A stretch of 62,511 bases of DNA, filler included, from Jimgerdemannia flammicorona (lineage: Eukaryota), in NCBI GenBank assembly GCA_003990765.1. It is 2 parts of 2 records of this genome, joined end to end, with 100 filler letters (N's around TTAATTAATTAA, not from the genome) between each part and the next. Parts side by side here need not be neighbours in the genome. Positions count along the whole stretch, not along the records: positions 1 to 31,215 come from RBNJ01000408.1; positions 31,316 to 62,511 come from RBNJ01000409.1. The stretch is one strand, 5' to 3'. Each line of letters opens with the position of its first letter. Positions within the stretch are counted from its first letter, which is position 1. The notes below the pieces were generated by a model. The model saw only the letters and a program-made list of their open reading frames with translations. It made no database searches and was not told where the DNA came from. The position numbers were made by a program, and so were the translations under genes. Shown in pieces: positions 21,954 through 33,191 of this stretch.

Positions 21954-24219
21954 CTACTCCGGATGTTGGGCCCCGGGGACCGGACCGCCGTGGCCCTGGT
22001 TCCACGAGAGATACGAGTGGTCACCGAGTTTCCTACACGAAGTAAAAACGGGGTCAATCGGTGGGCATTAGTCAACATTCTTTTCGAACCTCGGCTCGAC
22101 CGTAACGAACATCGTCCAAAATATTTATCAACGCATTTTTGACACAACCAAATATCCAAGACACGACCCACCATGCCCTCCATACGACCAGCCACCCTCG
22201 CTCACAAACAAACAGACCGCTACACCCCTTTACATACCTTGGCTTGAAGCAGTTCCCAGCGAGGAAGATGACTCCGAGACCGGCGCAAATACATCCCATG
22301 GTGATCCAGGCGAGGCCCATGAAGGAACTGCGGGTACCCAGGAAAGAGGTGCCGCTGATGACGATGGACTTGGTGCCGCCGTAGACAGTAATGGGGTAGT
22401 CTGCGGGAGGGTGGGGGGCGGAAGGTGTGGGATTAGGTTGGTTCTGAGCGAGAGCAACATGGTACGGAGTGAACAAAGATTATCCTCTACCAGAAAATGA
22501 AAAATAAAAATGCCAATGCGCAAACCATACTTCCTACCCTTACCTTCTCTAAAAGAAAGAAAGAAAAGAAAAGAAAAAAATCAAATCCAAATACTCACTC
22601 ATATCGATCTCGATACGATAGCTCCCCGCTTCCATGGGCGTCTGCGTATTTTTCCCCCACAGTTTCCTGAAGGTGGGGTACCACGATGTGCGCATCCAGA
22701 CCTGAAAGTGTTCGTCGAGGCTGAGATCAGGTGGGGGATACTCTACGGTATAAGTTCCGTTAGGATATCGGAGAGCCCAGGTCGCAGGTGGCAGGGCCTC
22801 GTCGGGCTTGTAGGCCGGCGGTTTGTAGCGGGTCTTATCATCGGGCCAGGCGATGCCAACAGAGGAGAAGTTGTAAGTGATGTTACCGGCTGACGTGCCG
22901 GAGGGGTTGAGAAGAACGAGATTGCCGATGGTGTCTGTGATGAAGAGGCGGGGGATTGTTCAATATTAACTACGTTCGTTTTGTATGTAAATTCCGGGTA
23001 GGACATCCGCATTTTGCTGGTGCCTTTGACTGTTAAAAGGAACCTTCGAGGTAATCTTAAAAGAAATGGAGAAGCACTTGTTCTCATCTGCAACCACAGT
23101 ATATCGCCTTCCCCATCCGCCCGTCTGCCCAACGCTTCACCACATCACAAAGACCATTCCCTCACTTCCTGTTTTCTGTGCAAAAAGGAGCCCAAAAATA
23201 AAATAAACCCATCTCTCATCTACTCACCATTGAACATCGAAGCAGCAATCAATCCGCACGGATAATACGGGGTTTTGGTCGCCTCAACCCCAGCCGCCTT
23301 GGCGCAGTCGAGGGCGATATCATCGTAGGTGGAACCCTTGCCTGCAAGCTGGGCCTGGTCGTATGATTTGACGTACTTGCGGTGGTTCTGGTAGAAGTTG
23401 GTGAGGCGGTAGTAGAGGAAGATCGGAGTGTTGAGGGGAACGGGGATCGAGAACTCAATGACACACCGCGTCACTGTTATGTTGTTAGGGTTCGGGAGAT
23501 TGTCGAGGAAGCTCGTCGTTTGATACGCTCTGTAACCCGGGATCATAGTTTCTGGAGGAAGGTTTGTAAAGGGTGGTCAGAAAGGGCGTTTAAGGTGCGG
23601 TCTTGGCTCGTCTGGTGTTGAAGACTGGGGATCTCGTTTCCAAAGACCCGTGGGGACACTTACTCGTGATGTTTGCGGACGTGAACTTGTACTCCCAGGA
23701 TCCGGTGGGGACTTGCTCCAGACTGGTGCCATTGAGCTTGTCGGCGCAGTGAGTGTAGTCGATCGTGATCTCGTTGAGCTGTTTTTACGGGGGAAGGAAG
23801 GTCGGGAGGGCCATTTGTGAGAGGGGTGGATGAGTCTCGTTATTGGATGCCAACACCATGAAACAAACGACGCCTTATGCTCAGCACTCAGAGGGAGTAG
23901 TGTTAGTTCTGCTTACCGATTCAGACGCATACAGGAACAGACCTCCCAAGGGTGCGAAGATGATGCCGACGATAAAAAGGGTGGGAAGGACGGTTTTGGG
24001 AGTGAGCAAGGGTTGCCAGTTCTTTAACCGCTGCTGCTTGAAAGCAGTGTCTGGGAATGATCAGAGTTCATTTGGTGTATTTTTTAATTCGTGAATAGAA
24101 CACAGTTAGCAACCGCGTATGTTTGAAAGACAAGTAATACCAAGATGTAGGTTCATAGTTGGAGAAACACAAAAGAAAGTTGACGTACTGGCGGGCCTGC
24201 GATTCCGTAGTTCAGTCAT
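21954..24219 (-). CDS. CDC50: Cdc50/Lem3 family P4-ATPase flippase beta subunit (multi-exon)
   Basis: [84 protein letters not shown]; C-terminal KLGDHSYLSWN. GT-AG introns. Confidence 0.93.
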
Positions 24220-24629
24220 GCCAGTGTTGAGGTGGCCTGACTTTCTGGATGACGAAGGGTCGACGGGGGAGTATTTGGCTGGTATTTTGGCAAGCGCTCA
24301 CTTCGGAGCTGGTGGTCAGTCGGGGGTTCGTTTAAATGCGAAAAGGGTCTCTTGGCCAGTATATACAACTCCGGAGCGATCTAAGCCATCCCCAAATTAT
24401 CTCAACGCCCTAACCTACCTGCTTTCCTGTCCCTTTGTCTGTCAATTCACTTTTATTCACTTTGCGCCAACACACGAGACTCCAAGGATTGGGAAGTTTG
24501 AAATGGGGATTTGAATGGTTCATCGACCATTATCTTTTTTTTATTCGAAGAGCGAGCAAGTCACGTGGCAGACCAAACACAAACATTCCAAGGGGACACT
24601 CCCCGCCAGACTGGCAGACTGGAGCCACT

Positions 24630-25934
24630 ATGACCATGACCATGTCTTTGCCCAAAACATTGAGCCATTCATGTCTCCTCCTGACCAGCCGGGGTCAGCT
24701 ATGCTCGCGAGCCCGTCCCGCGTCCCTTCACACATTGGTCTCAGCCCGGCCCACGAAGCAAGCCCAGGATAAGAGACGCGTCCTGACCCACTTCGGTCGC
24801 GCGATCCCTCCGAAACGACCCGTCCTGCCGACCCGCACCCTCCAACGCCGACACCAAATCTCTGCTGCGACCGCCGCAGTCCAACCCCAAGAACCTGACG
24901 ACTACGATCCTGCCGCCCCACCACCAACCACCGCCACCACCTCGCCTCAACCGTCAACCCCCGCCGCAACCCCGACGACAAAATTCAAACCCATCCCTTC
25001 CATCACCCCCGGCACCCTCCCCAACCTCTACCGTGACCTCACGAAAGCCAAGCTCGGCGGTCTTGTCGCACTCAGTACCATGTGCGGCTACGCCATGGCT
25101 CCTGGCGCGACGGACCTCCCTCTCTTCTTCACGACGACGCTAGGCACGGTCCTCTGCATTAGCTCTGCCAACGCCTTCAATCAATGGATCGAGATCCCAT
25201 ATGACGCGCAAATGCTCCGCACGCGCAACCGCGTCCTCGTCCGCCGCGCCCTTTCTCCCCTCCACGCCTTCAGTTTTGGCACTATCACAGGACTCGCAGG
25301 TGTCTCTCTTCTCGCGCTAACCGTCAACCCGCTGACGGCGTTTCTAGGAGCGGCTAACATCGCGCTCTACGCGTGCATCTACACGCCGCTCAAGCGGGCC
25401 TCCATTGCCAACACGTGGGTTGGTGCCCTGGTTGGCGCCATCCCGCCTATGATGGGTTGGACGGCGTGCACGGGCTCGCTGGACCCGGGTGCGTGGCTCT
25501 TGGGTGGGGTGCTGTTCGCGTGGCAGTTCCCGCACTTCAACTCGCTGGCGTGGAACCTCCGAGCCGACTACAGTAAGGCTGGGTACCGCATGATGTCCGT
25601 GACGGACCCGGCGCTGAACGCGCGAGTAAGCCTGCGGTATGCAACGTTGATGCTACCGATATGTTGGGCGGCGCCTGCGTTAGACATGACGAGCTGGTGG
25701 TTCGCGGCGGATTCGACTCTTGTGAATGCCGCGATCATCGTGCAGGCGTGGAGGTTTTGGAAGAAGAGTGATGAGAAGACGGCAAGGCAACTGTTCTTTG
25801 GGAGCCTCGTGCACCTGCCATTGGTGCTGGCACTGATGATGGTGCATAAGGTCGGGGAGGAGGGCTGGGAGGCGGGAGTTGGGGCGGGCGAAGAGGAAGA
25901 GGAGGAGAGAGATGAGAACCGTGAAAGTGGATGA
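24630..25934 (+). CDS. COX10: Protoheme IX farnesyltransferase (heme O synthase), mitochondrial
   Basis: SANAFNQWIEIPYDAQMLRTRNRVL, YTPLKR, WVGALVGAIPPMMGW, WQFPHFNSL and ADYSKAGYRM. Arg/Ser-rich presequence. The ATG at 24630 is preferred over the TTG start in the track. Confidence 0.96.
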   Translation: MTMTMSLPKTLSHSCLLLTSRGQLCSRARPASLHTLVSARPTKQAQDKRRVLTHFGRAIPPKRPVLPTRTLQRRHQISAATAAVQPQEPDDYDPAAPPPTTATTSPQPSTPAATPTTKFKPIPSITPGTLPNLYRDLTKAKLGGLVALSTMCGYAMAPGATDLPLFFTTTLGTVLCISSANAFNQWIEIPYDAQMLRTRNRVLVRRALSPLHAFSFGTITGLAGVSLLALTVNPLTAFLGAANIALYACIYTPLKRASIANTWVGALVGAIPPMMGWTACTGSLDPGAWLLGGVLFAWQFPHFNSLAWNLRADYSKAGYRMMSVTDPALNARVSLRYATLMLPICWAAPALDMTSWWFAADSTLVNAAIIVQAWRFWKKSDEKTARQLFFGSLVHLPLVLALMMVHKVGEEGWEAGVGAGEEEEEERDENRESG

Positions 25935-28068
25935 TGATCTTTTTTTTTTTTTTTTTTTTTTGCGCGAGAGAGGGAGGAGGGCCGGGGCGGAACTGGAATC
26001 AGCCCTCTTGGACAACAATTTGCGATGTTACAGATGAATTGATTGTCAAACCGGCAACTCTACCAATGTAATTACCCCAATCCCATAGACGATGTACATG
26101 TACCTTCCTCATTATTTCGCGCAATCACGCCCTTCCTCCCCTCTGCTTTTTGCGCTTAACGCCCATAATCGCAAAAAGTTTAATGTGGAACAAAAATACT
26201 TATTGAAACGCGAACGAATGGCACAGATAATGAAATATACGTGGCAACAGATATCAATCGCTTCAAAATGTAAAACGGGACATCACTATCGCCCCACCCA
26301 ATGATGAGCCCACCAGTGGATACGATAACGTCAGTAACCACTCACTCAATTGCCCTCTGTTCCATTGCCTTTCTCACACAGGCAGACAAAGTCTATGATT
26401 TCCGGCAAGTGTGTGGAAATGGAGGCGTCTTCGTCCTCCACATGCAGCCTAGTCCTTCACTTGCAGCCAGAGAGTATTCACATACCATTTCAGGGGACAG
26501 AAACCTGGGCCTAGAGCTCGCTGGCCGTTGTCACTCAGGGTAGTGACTGCAGAAATGCCGTGATGGATGATGTCATCAGAATTGGGTGGAATCTATAATG
26601 TATATAATGTAATAATTATATGCAGGGAAATGGCGCGTTATCCTTTCTTACCCAAAGAATGATTCAACTCGTTCTGTGCTGACGATCCAAGCGTGCCGCC
26701 GTGGGTCCGCGCGTGCGCAACTTTGACGGGAACCACGCTGACCCCAACTACATCGTCAACCACAAACTTAACTACGACACATTCGATTTCTCGTGTCTTT
26801 TGTCTCTCTTCTCTCCGTCTGAAATTAAGGTAATTAAGCATGTTATTTTTATCTTGAAATCATCTAGGCGGCTCGTGCTTTTTTATCTCTCGCAAGCGCA
26901 CCATCTCCAGGCCCGTTTAAAAGGCGCCTCCCATCCGTTTTTATTTTATTTTATTTTATTTTATTTATTTTTATCACATTATTGTATGTGTATAATTCCA
27001 ATGCCATCTATATTACTCATGTTACATATGAGCATGAGCCCCTATCCATGGGTATGCTGTACAATGACACATCGCTTTATCATCCCTACCGGTATAAATG
27101 GACTATTGGACACCACATGCTGCGCCCTCTACGCCATGCATGCCCCATGCTTTAATGAAAAAGAAAGAGATTCTTGCCTGTGGTGCCAGTGCCAAACACA
27201 CGAATCCAAGATGCATGCGAGCGAGATGGCGAGATGCGTTCTAAATGGTGAGAGAGATGGAGCAACAGTAAAGCTGTACCCGCGTCTGGCATAGCCAGCG
27301 CGCGAGGTGAGTTGTGTTTTATGGAAAGAACAGAGCCGCTTCTATATTCCAACCCTGCCCACGTCCTAAACCAACTTCTCACGAACGGCCCACACAATCA
27401 CAATCCCAGCTACAACAGAGCCAACGTCTGACCCTGTCTCCCTTCACACTTCCCCAAACGCGACCCCCACAACGCGACATTTACCGGCCAGTACATGCAG
27501 CACACGTAAATAAGCATCCAAGTCCCGACCATCTTATAATCGACCAGTATAAGCCTAACGGCCTGTACGATACTCGTGCCTGACACGACGGCGATGAGGA
27601 CCAGGGCCTGGGGGGACTGCCATTCCCTTATCTGAACACAGAACAATGGTCATTTTCGTCTGTCTACGAGATGGAGATATGAATAGCGTCCGCGATCGTT
27701 CTCCGGCCTTTGCTACATGGAGCTGTCCAGTTGGACATATGATCGTTTAGGCTGTGTTGGCTAGTAATGGCCAATCCTGTCTGAGTGCGACTCCAGCCAT
27801 CCGAAGCCAGTGGAATCACTCGTTTATGACCCTCATCTCATGGGGCATATCGGCAAAAAAAAAAATCTTGCGCATTATAGCAATAGAACCTTGTGCCAGC
27901 TAAAATCTTCAAACCTTTGTGCTTTACCCATTTTTTCCACGCGCTAAGTTACAGAAGAACATAACCAAAGCTAGACTGATAATTTTTTTACTTATTTGGC
28001 AATGACCTGCATTCGAAAAAAAGGAGACTACAAGTTGTCAGGAGTAGGCGTCGTGCAATCATATGTAT

Positions 28069-29133
28069 TCATGGATCGGCAATCTTGACAACCTGCTTGC
28101 CGAAATTCTTGCCCTTCAGCATCCCGATGAAGGCGTCAGGCGCGTTCTCGATTCCAACCACCACATCTTCCTTGTACTTGATCTTGCCCTCTTTCAACCA
28201 CGTCATGACGTCTTTCTGGAATTGAGCTCCGTACTCCGGAATGTGGTCCGAAAAGATGAATCCCTGGATCCGGAGCCGCTTCCACAGGACATTCTCGAGA
28301 TTGTACACGCCCTCGGGTTTCTCGCGGTTGTACTGCGAGACCATGCCACAGACGGCGATGCGCGCGAAATTTTTGGCGTGCTCCAACACGATGTCAAGCG
28401 TCTTCCCGCCCACGTTCTCAAAGTACACGTCGATTCCGCCAGGACACATCTCCGTCAGCGCCTCGGACGTGTCGCGCGTCTTGTAGTTGAACGCCGCGTC
28501 GTACCCGCATTCCTCGAGCACGAACCGTACTTTGGCATCGTCTCCGGCAGATCCCACGACTCGCATCCCCTTCAGCTTTCCGATTTGCCCAACGAGCTGT
28601 CCCACCGCACCGGCTGCTGAAGTGATAAACAGTGTCTCCCCCGGCTTCGCGTCGCCGATCTTAAGTAGGCCGATATACGCCGTAATTCCGGGCATACCAA
28701 GCACCCCGACGTAGTAGGTCAGCGGTAGGCCGCTGTTCTTGGCGTCGTTACGCAGCTGGAACGAGTCGGCTTTGTTGGACCGGACAACCGTGTACTCTTC
28801 CCATCCGATCATGCCCTCCGCGTAGTCGCCCACCGAGAAGCGTTCGTTGTTGCTCCGGATCACCAGGCCGATGCCACCGCCCGTCATCACGCCGTTGATC
28901 GGGACGGGATCGCTGACAGATTTGGCCTTGACGGGATTGGTGTCGATGCGCATCCGCACCCGCATGTACGGATCCACCGAGAGGACCAGGTTCTTGAGGA
29001 TGAAGTCGCCTGGGGCAAGTTCGATGGTGTCGGGTGAGAAAGGCATGCGAGCCACCTCCAGGTGCTCGCCCTTCACCGGGTAGGTTGTTGGGACCTTGCG
29101 GAAGATGACTTGAGTGTTGATGGTAGAAGGCAT
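28069..29133 (-). CDS. NADP-dependent oxidoreductase, zinc-independent MDR family (prostaglandin reductase / 2-alkenal reductase-like)
   Basis: LSVDPYMR, LGMPGITAYIGL, SAAGAVGQLVGQIGK, GIDVYFENVGG and GKNFGKQVV. Intronless, 354 aa. Confidence 0.95.
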   Translation of the reverse strand: MPSTINTQVIFRKVPTTYPVKGEHLEVARMPFSPDTIELAPGDFILKNLVLSVDPYMRVRMRIDTNPVKAKSVSDPVPINGVMTGGGIGLVIRSNNERFSVGDYAEGMIGWEEYTVVRSNKADSFQLRNDAKNSGLPLTYYVGVLGMPGITAYIGLLKIGDAKPGETLFITSAAGAVGQLVGQIGKLKGMRVVGSAGDDAKVRFVLEECGYDAAFNYKTRDTSEALTEMCPGGIDVYFENVGGKTLDIVLEHAKNFARIAVCGMVSQYNREKPEGVYNLENVLWKRLRIQGFIFSDHIPEYGAQFQKDVMTWLKEGKIKYKEDVVVGIENAPDAFIGMLKGKNFGKQVVKIADP

Positions 29134-29412
29134 TGCACAGGTGTTGTTTGGTGCGATATAAAAAATATGGGTGCGTTTTATAGGGTGCGGAGATTTGGGC
29201 GTTTTGCGACACGAGACATGATGGCATCATACCCCATACGTCAATATTCGGTAGTTTTGAATCCGCCTGCCTTAGAAGTAACTCTTATTAACTAATTCTC
29301 CGCGACACATGTTCCCGTGACACTCCATGCCATCCATCCCTTTTATGCGTACATACACACGTAACCCAGAGTCAATTGCCCCGCCGATTTAGCACACAAC
29401 CACTTTCCTACT

Positions 29413-31141
29413 TTAACTCAATGACCCATACTCGTCGTTGAACCGCTTGTACAGCTCCAGGTCCTTGTCACTAACACTGGCCCTAACTGCATTGATTTAT
29501 GGATGCGGTCATAAATACCGCCAAGAGGTGAACGCATTGAGTAATCAAAATGCATCGGGCTAAAAAGAACAAAAAAAAAGGTCCAAGAAAAAAGAACCTC
29601 AAATCCAACATACCCTGCGTTAGAGCGTGCACGAAGTCCTTGAAATTGATTGGCCGCACGTCCTCGGTGGCAATAGTCTGGATTTGAGCGGCGGGGATCG
29701 CTCGAATTGGGCTGAAGATGCGAAAAGGATGCATGAGTAAAGAATGCAGCAAAGGACAGGACGAATCAAAACAACCACTTACCCCAACGCCGCTTCTGCA
29801 GAAAGCGATGTGAGTGCCGGGAACAAGGGAAGAGCGCCACATGAATTCAGTCTGTGCAAAAATTCAACTCCAACAATGATAGCACGTCCTAACTACCTCG
29901 ACACAATCCGTCCATGTCCGATCCCGAGTATCCTGCGAGAGCATGGTTAAACACAGCAGCTTAGAGTCAGCAAACTGATTCCAGCCGAGAACGTCCCAAG
30001 TCCAAGGGTGTCCCCGAGGAATAAAAAGTGCACCAGTACCCACCTTCAGTTTTTCGGCATATCTCCTGCACCTCCTCTTCCGTCAGTGAATGGTTCTGCG
30101 ACTGCAATAGGTTACGGACGATACCGTAACGCCCGGTTTGCTCGGGGAGAGGGATGTAGAGGCGCTTTCGGAAGCGACGACCTTTGACGATCGGAAATAT
30201 CAGAAACTCGTCTATGTCGTATAATATATCAATCGGCAGAATGATGGCCCATGGCACTCAAAAGGTGTGTTTGTATTTGTGTACTCACGCGCAGCTTCAT
30301 CAATCTCCCGTGGCCTGAAGGTCGTCCAATGATGGGTTGACACCAAACGGGGTAAAGACATACTCAATTCTCAGGGACGCGAGTTTCTTTCTCTCCAATT
30401 GCATCAACTTTAATATTACTTTACCGATTCGTGGCACCTACAAAACATTTCAAGTAATACATGAGGCAATAAAGACATTGAGAAAATGCATGCCGTACTA
30501 ATCACCAACGACTCCTTAGTCACAAACTCATTAAAACGACACCCACCAACAATTAAGATCCTGTCCTCCTCGGCCGTGGTCCCGCACCCATCCTGCGATA
30601 CAACCCATTGCAGACATCAATGTTAGCATCGACGCGAGGCACGCTCCATCACACAGATCAGACAGCACAAGGAATCTCTAAGAAAGAATACCCACAAACT
30701 GTATCAAGAATTCGGTCTTAATCCGGCGAGACGCTTCGACCTCTCCGTCCGTGCGCTGCGTGAGAATTGAGTCGATCTGGAGTACGGGATGTGTGCAGAG
30801 GGTGCATGTGTTAAGCTTGGTACGAACCCAGCCTTAATAAGCTAACTGAGCAGAAGGGAAAAATGCGTGCCAGGACTGAGCCTGAGTAAACAATCCACGC
30901 AAGAAACCGTACCTCGTCCACGAACACTACCGCCGGTTGGTTGCAACGCGCAACGGCGAAGAGCGCGCGGACCTATTAATATGCCAAATAAATAAATAGT
31001 AAAATGTCCGTCTGACAACTTCAGTGTTTAATCGGCTCGACAATCACCGGATATTGGGCATCATTTATTGTTCGATACAATATGGATTACATACCATCTT
31101 TTCACCGTCGCCGACCCATTTCGATGTCAACGACGAAGAGC
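29413..31141 (-). CDS. FIGNL1: Fidgetin-like AAA ATPase, 3' part (5' end lost at the gap)
   Basis: Spliced exons give [63 protein letters not shown]...[30 protein letters not shown]...[20 protein letters not shown]...[13 protein letters not shown]. Confidence 0.85.
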
Positions 31142-31215
31142 TGGATGACATGAAAATGGTATGTACGTTGAGAATAACATTTTTTTTTAAAAAAAAAAAA
31201 AAAAAAACTGGCTCG

Positions 31216-31315
31216 NNNNNNNNNNNNNNNNNNNNNNNNNNNNNNNNNNNNNNNNNNNNTTAATTAATTAANNNNNNNNNNNNNNNNNNNNNNNNNNNNN
31301 NNNNNNNNNNNNNNN
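31216..31315. other. Artificial assembly linker N44-TTAATTAATTAA-N44
   Basis: Exactly 100 bp. The central palindrome places stop codons in all six frames. Confidence 0.95.
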
Positions 31316-31612
31316 GGGGTTGGTGACAAGATGGCCCAGTGGGAATGGTTGATGTTGGATATTTTGAATAGCTGGTGGCGGGGTTGGGGGATGGGTGGGG
31401 GGTACTGCAGGGGTCTGGTGCAACGTATTGCCCAGAAGAGTGGTGGGAGGGTTCGGGTAGTGGGTAATTAGGTAGTGCTCAGGCAGGAGGTAGAGGAGGG
31501 GGGGGGTTTGGGCCCCTGGGGCATTGGTTGAGGATAGGGGTGACATTGTATTGTTTACACTATAGACTTCGGTAATAAAGGGCAGTCCAAGAGACTATAA
31601 AAAAAAAAAAAA
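31316..31612 (+). mobile_element. LINE 3' end with poly(A)
   Basis: G-rich sequence ending TAGACTTCGGTAATAAAGGGCAGTCCAAGAGACTAT(A)n, like the other LINE tails. Confidence 0.75.
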
Positions 31613-31893
31613 GGAATATAGGCAAACAGACCTGATTTAGTTTTTTAGCTAATTATATGATATTGATAACTATGCTATACTATATATTCAAATTATCTAG
31701 CTATATTATATTATTTACTTATTATAATATATTATATTCTAATATATAAATATAATATATTAAACTTAGCTTCAGTCTATAGTTTCTCAGAGATTAGATC
31801 ATTATCTCTAAAATACTTATTATTACCAGATTTTTTATTTAGGACTTGAGATATATACTGATTATATATATACTACTATCCTTTATATTAATT

Positions 31894-32081
31894 TATAGGT
31901 AAATTTATCTGTATTTTTTATAAAAAAATTTATATCAAATATTATATTAAAAAAAAAAAATTAAAAATATAATTTTTGAGTTTTATAAAAAAAAAAAAAA
32001 ATTAAAAATTTTAAATTAAATATTATATTAAAAAAAATAATATTAAATATATTAAATTTTTGGTAAACAAATTTACCTATA
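31894..32081. mobile_element. Putative MITE with terminal inverted repeats
   Basis: TATAGGTAAATTT (31894-31906) is the exact reverse complement of AAATTTACCTATA (32069-32081). The match extends 4 nt further with transitions only. AT-rich interior. Confidence 0.55.
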
Positions 32082-32435
32082 TCTGATTATAATATAAGAG
32101 ATATTAATGATCTTAGCCTAATAAAATATAATAGTCTTGTTATATTGATTATTATATATACTATTTCTATGACTATATAGTTAAATTACTCAGTTATACT
32201 ATTCTGCTAGAGCATATAAGATACTGTTATCTAATGATATATATTATGCTTTCTTAGATACTATCTTGAATATACTATTGATATATTTATATCTATTATC
32301 TAAGTATATAGTATATTTTCTACATTTTGTTTTATTCTCTATAATTACTTTAAACTCTTTAAACTTTTTAAAAATCTTGCTCTTTACTAATAAAAAGTAT
32401 ATATATATATTCTTTATAATATAATTATTAATGAA

Positions 32436-33177
32436 TGTGATGAAATATTTCTTCTCACTATAAGAAGTAATATATATCAGACTATATATATATATCTATA
32501 TATATTATAATAGTTGATCTAAATCAAGAATATGAATTAGGGAAATTAAACATTTGATCATAGTAACTGAACCCAATTCTTGATATAGTATAGTCTTATA
32601 AATAGCAGTCATTGTTATTTTGCAACTATTAAAGTTTTCACAAATGTTGAACTCTTCATAGATATTGAAGATTTTACAGATATTGAAAGATTCAATACTT
32701 ACAAAAAGTGACTCATAACATAGCTATAACTTAGCTACCTTATAGCTAGCAAACTTATATAAATAACCCAGTATCTTAGAGTGAATAAACCTCAGATTAA
32801 AATAGTTCAAAGCAAAGAGAAAGCAAAGAAACTAGTAAGCCTGTGGGCAGATACACTTTGAACTCACCCACTCCTACATCCCAAGGACTCTACAGAGTCA
32901 AAGAAGATTAAGTTTTCAAGATATAGAAATCTGATATACTTCTAAGATTAAGTATCTGCTATATTACAATATATATGAGATCTAGATTTCTAGATATATA
33001 TATATTTTAGTCATTTTTCAAATAGATACTAGATTGCTTTATTTTTTGAATATACTATATAGAAACTCTTAAAATATATTACCAGTAACTCTTATATAGA
33101 TTTATTCTCAATTATTCTTTCTAGGCTTATATTGTCTATATATTCTAAGTATAAATACTATATATTGAATGCATTAA
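32436..33177 (+). repeat. Decayed LTR relic
   Basis: Contains at 32743-32795 the same TATA-AATAAA core as element B LTRs. Boundaries are approximate. Confidence 0.45.
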
Positions 33178-33191
33178 ATATAGTTATCATA

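Noticed and set aside
26300..27800. Possible gene in the COX10-oxidoreductase interval (ORFs 26701-27294, 27314-27583)
   Set aside because: No recognisable motifs. The ORF crosses a TTTTA low-complexity run and I could not build a coherent exon structure.
31260..31271. TTAATTAATTAA palindrome as a biological site
   Set aside because: It is embedded symmetrically in Ns and is an assembly linker.
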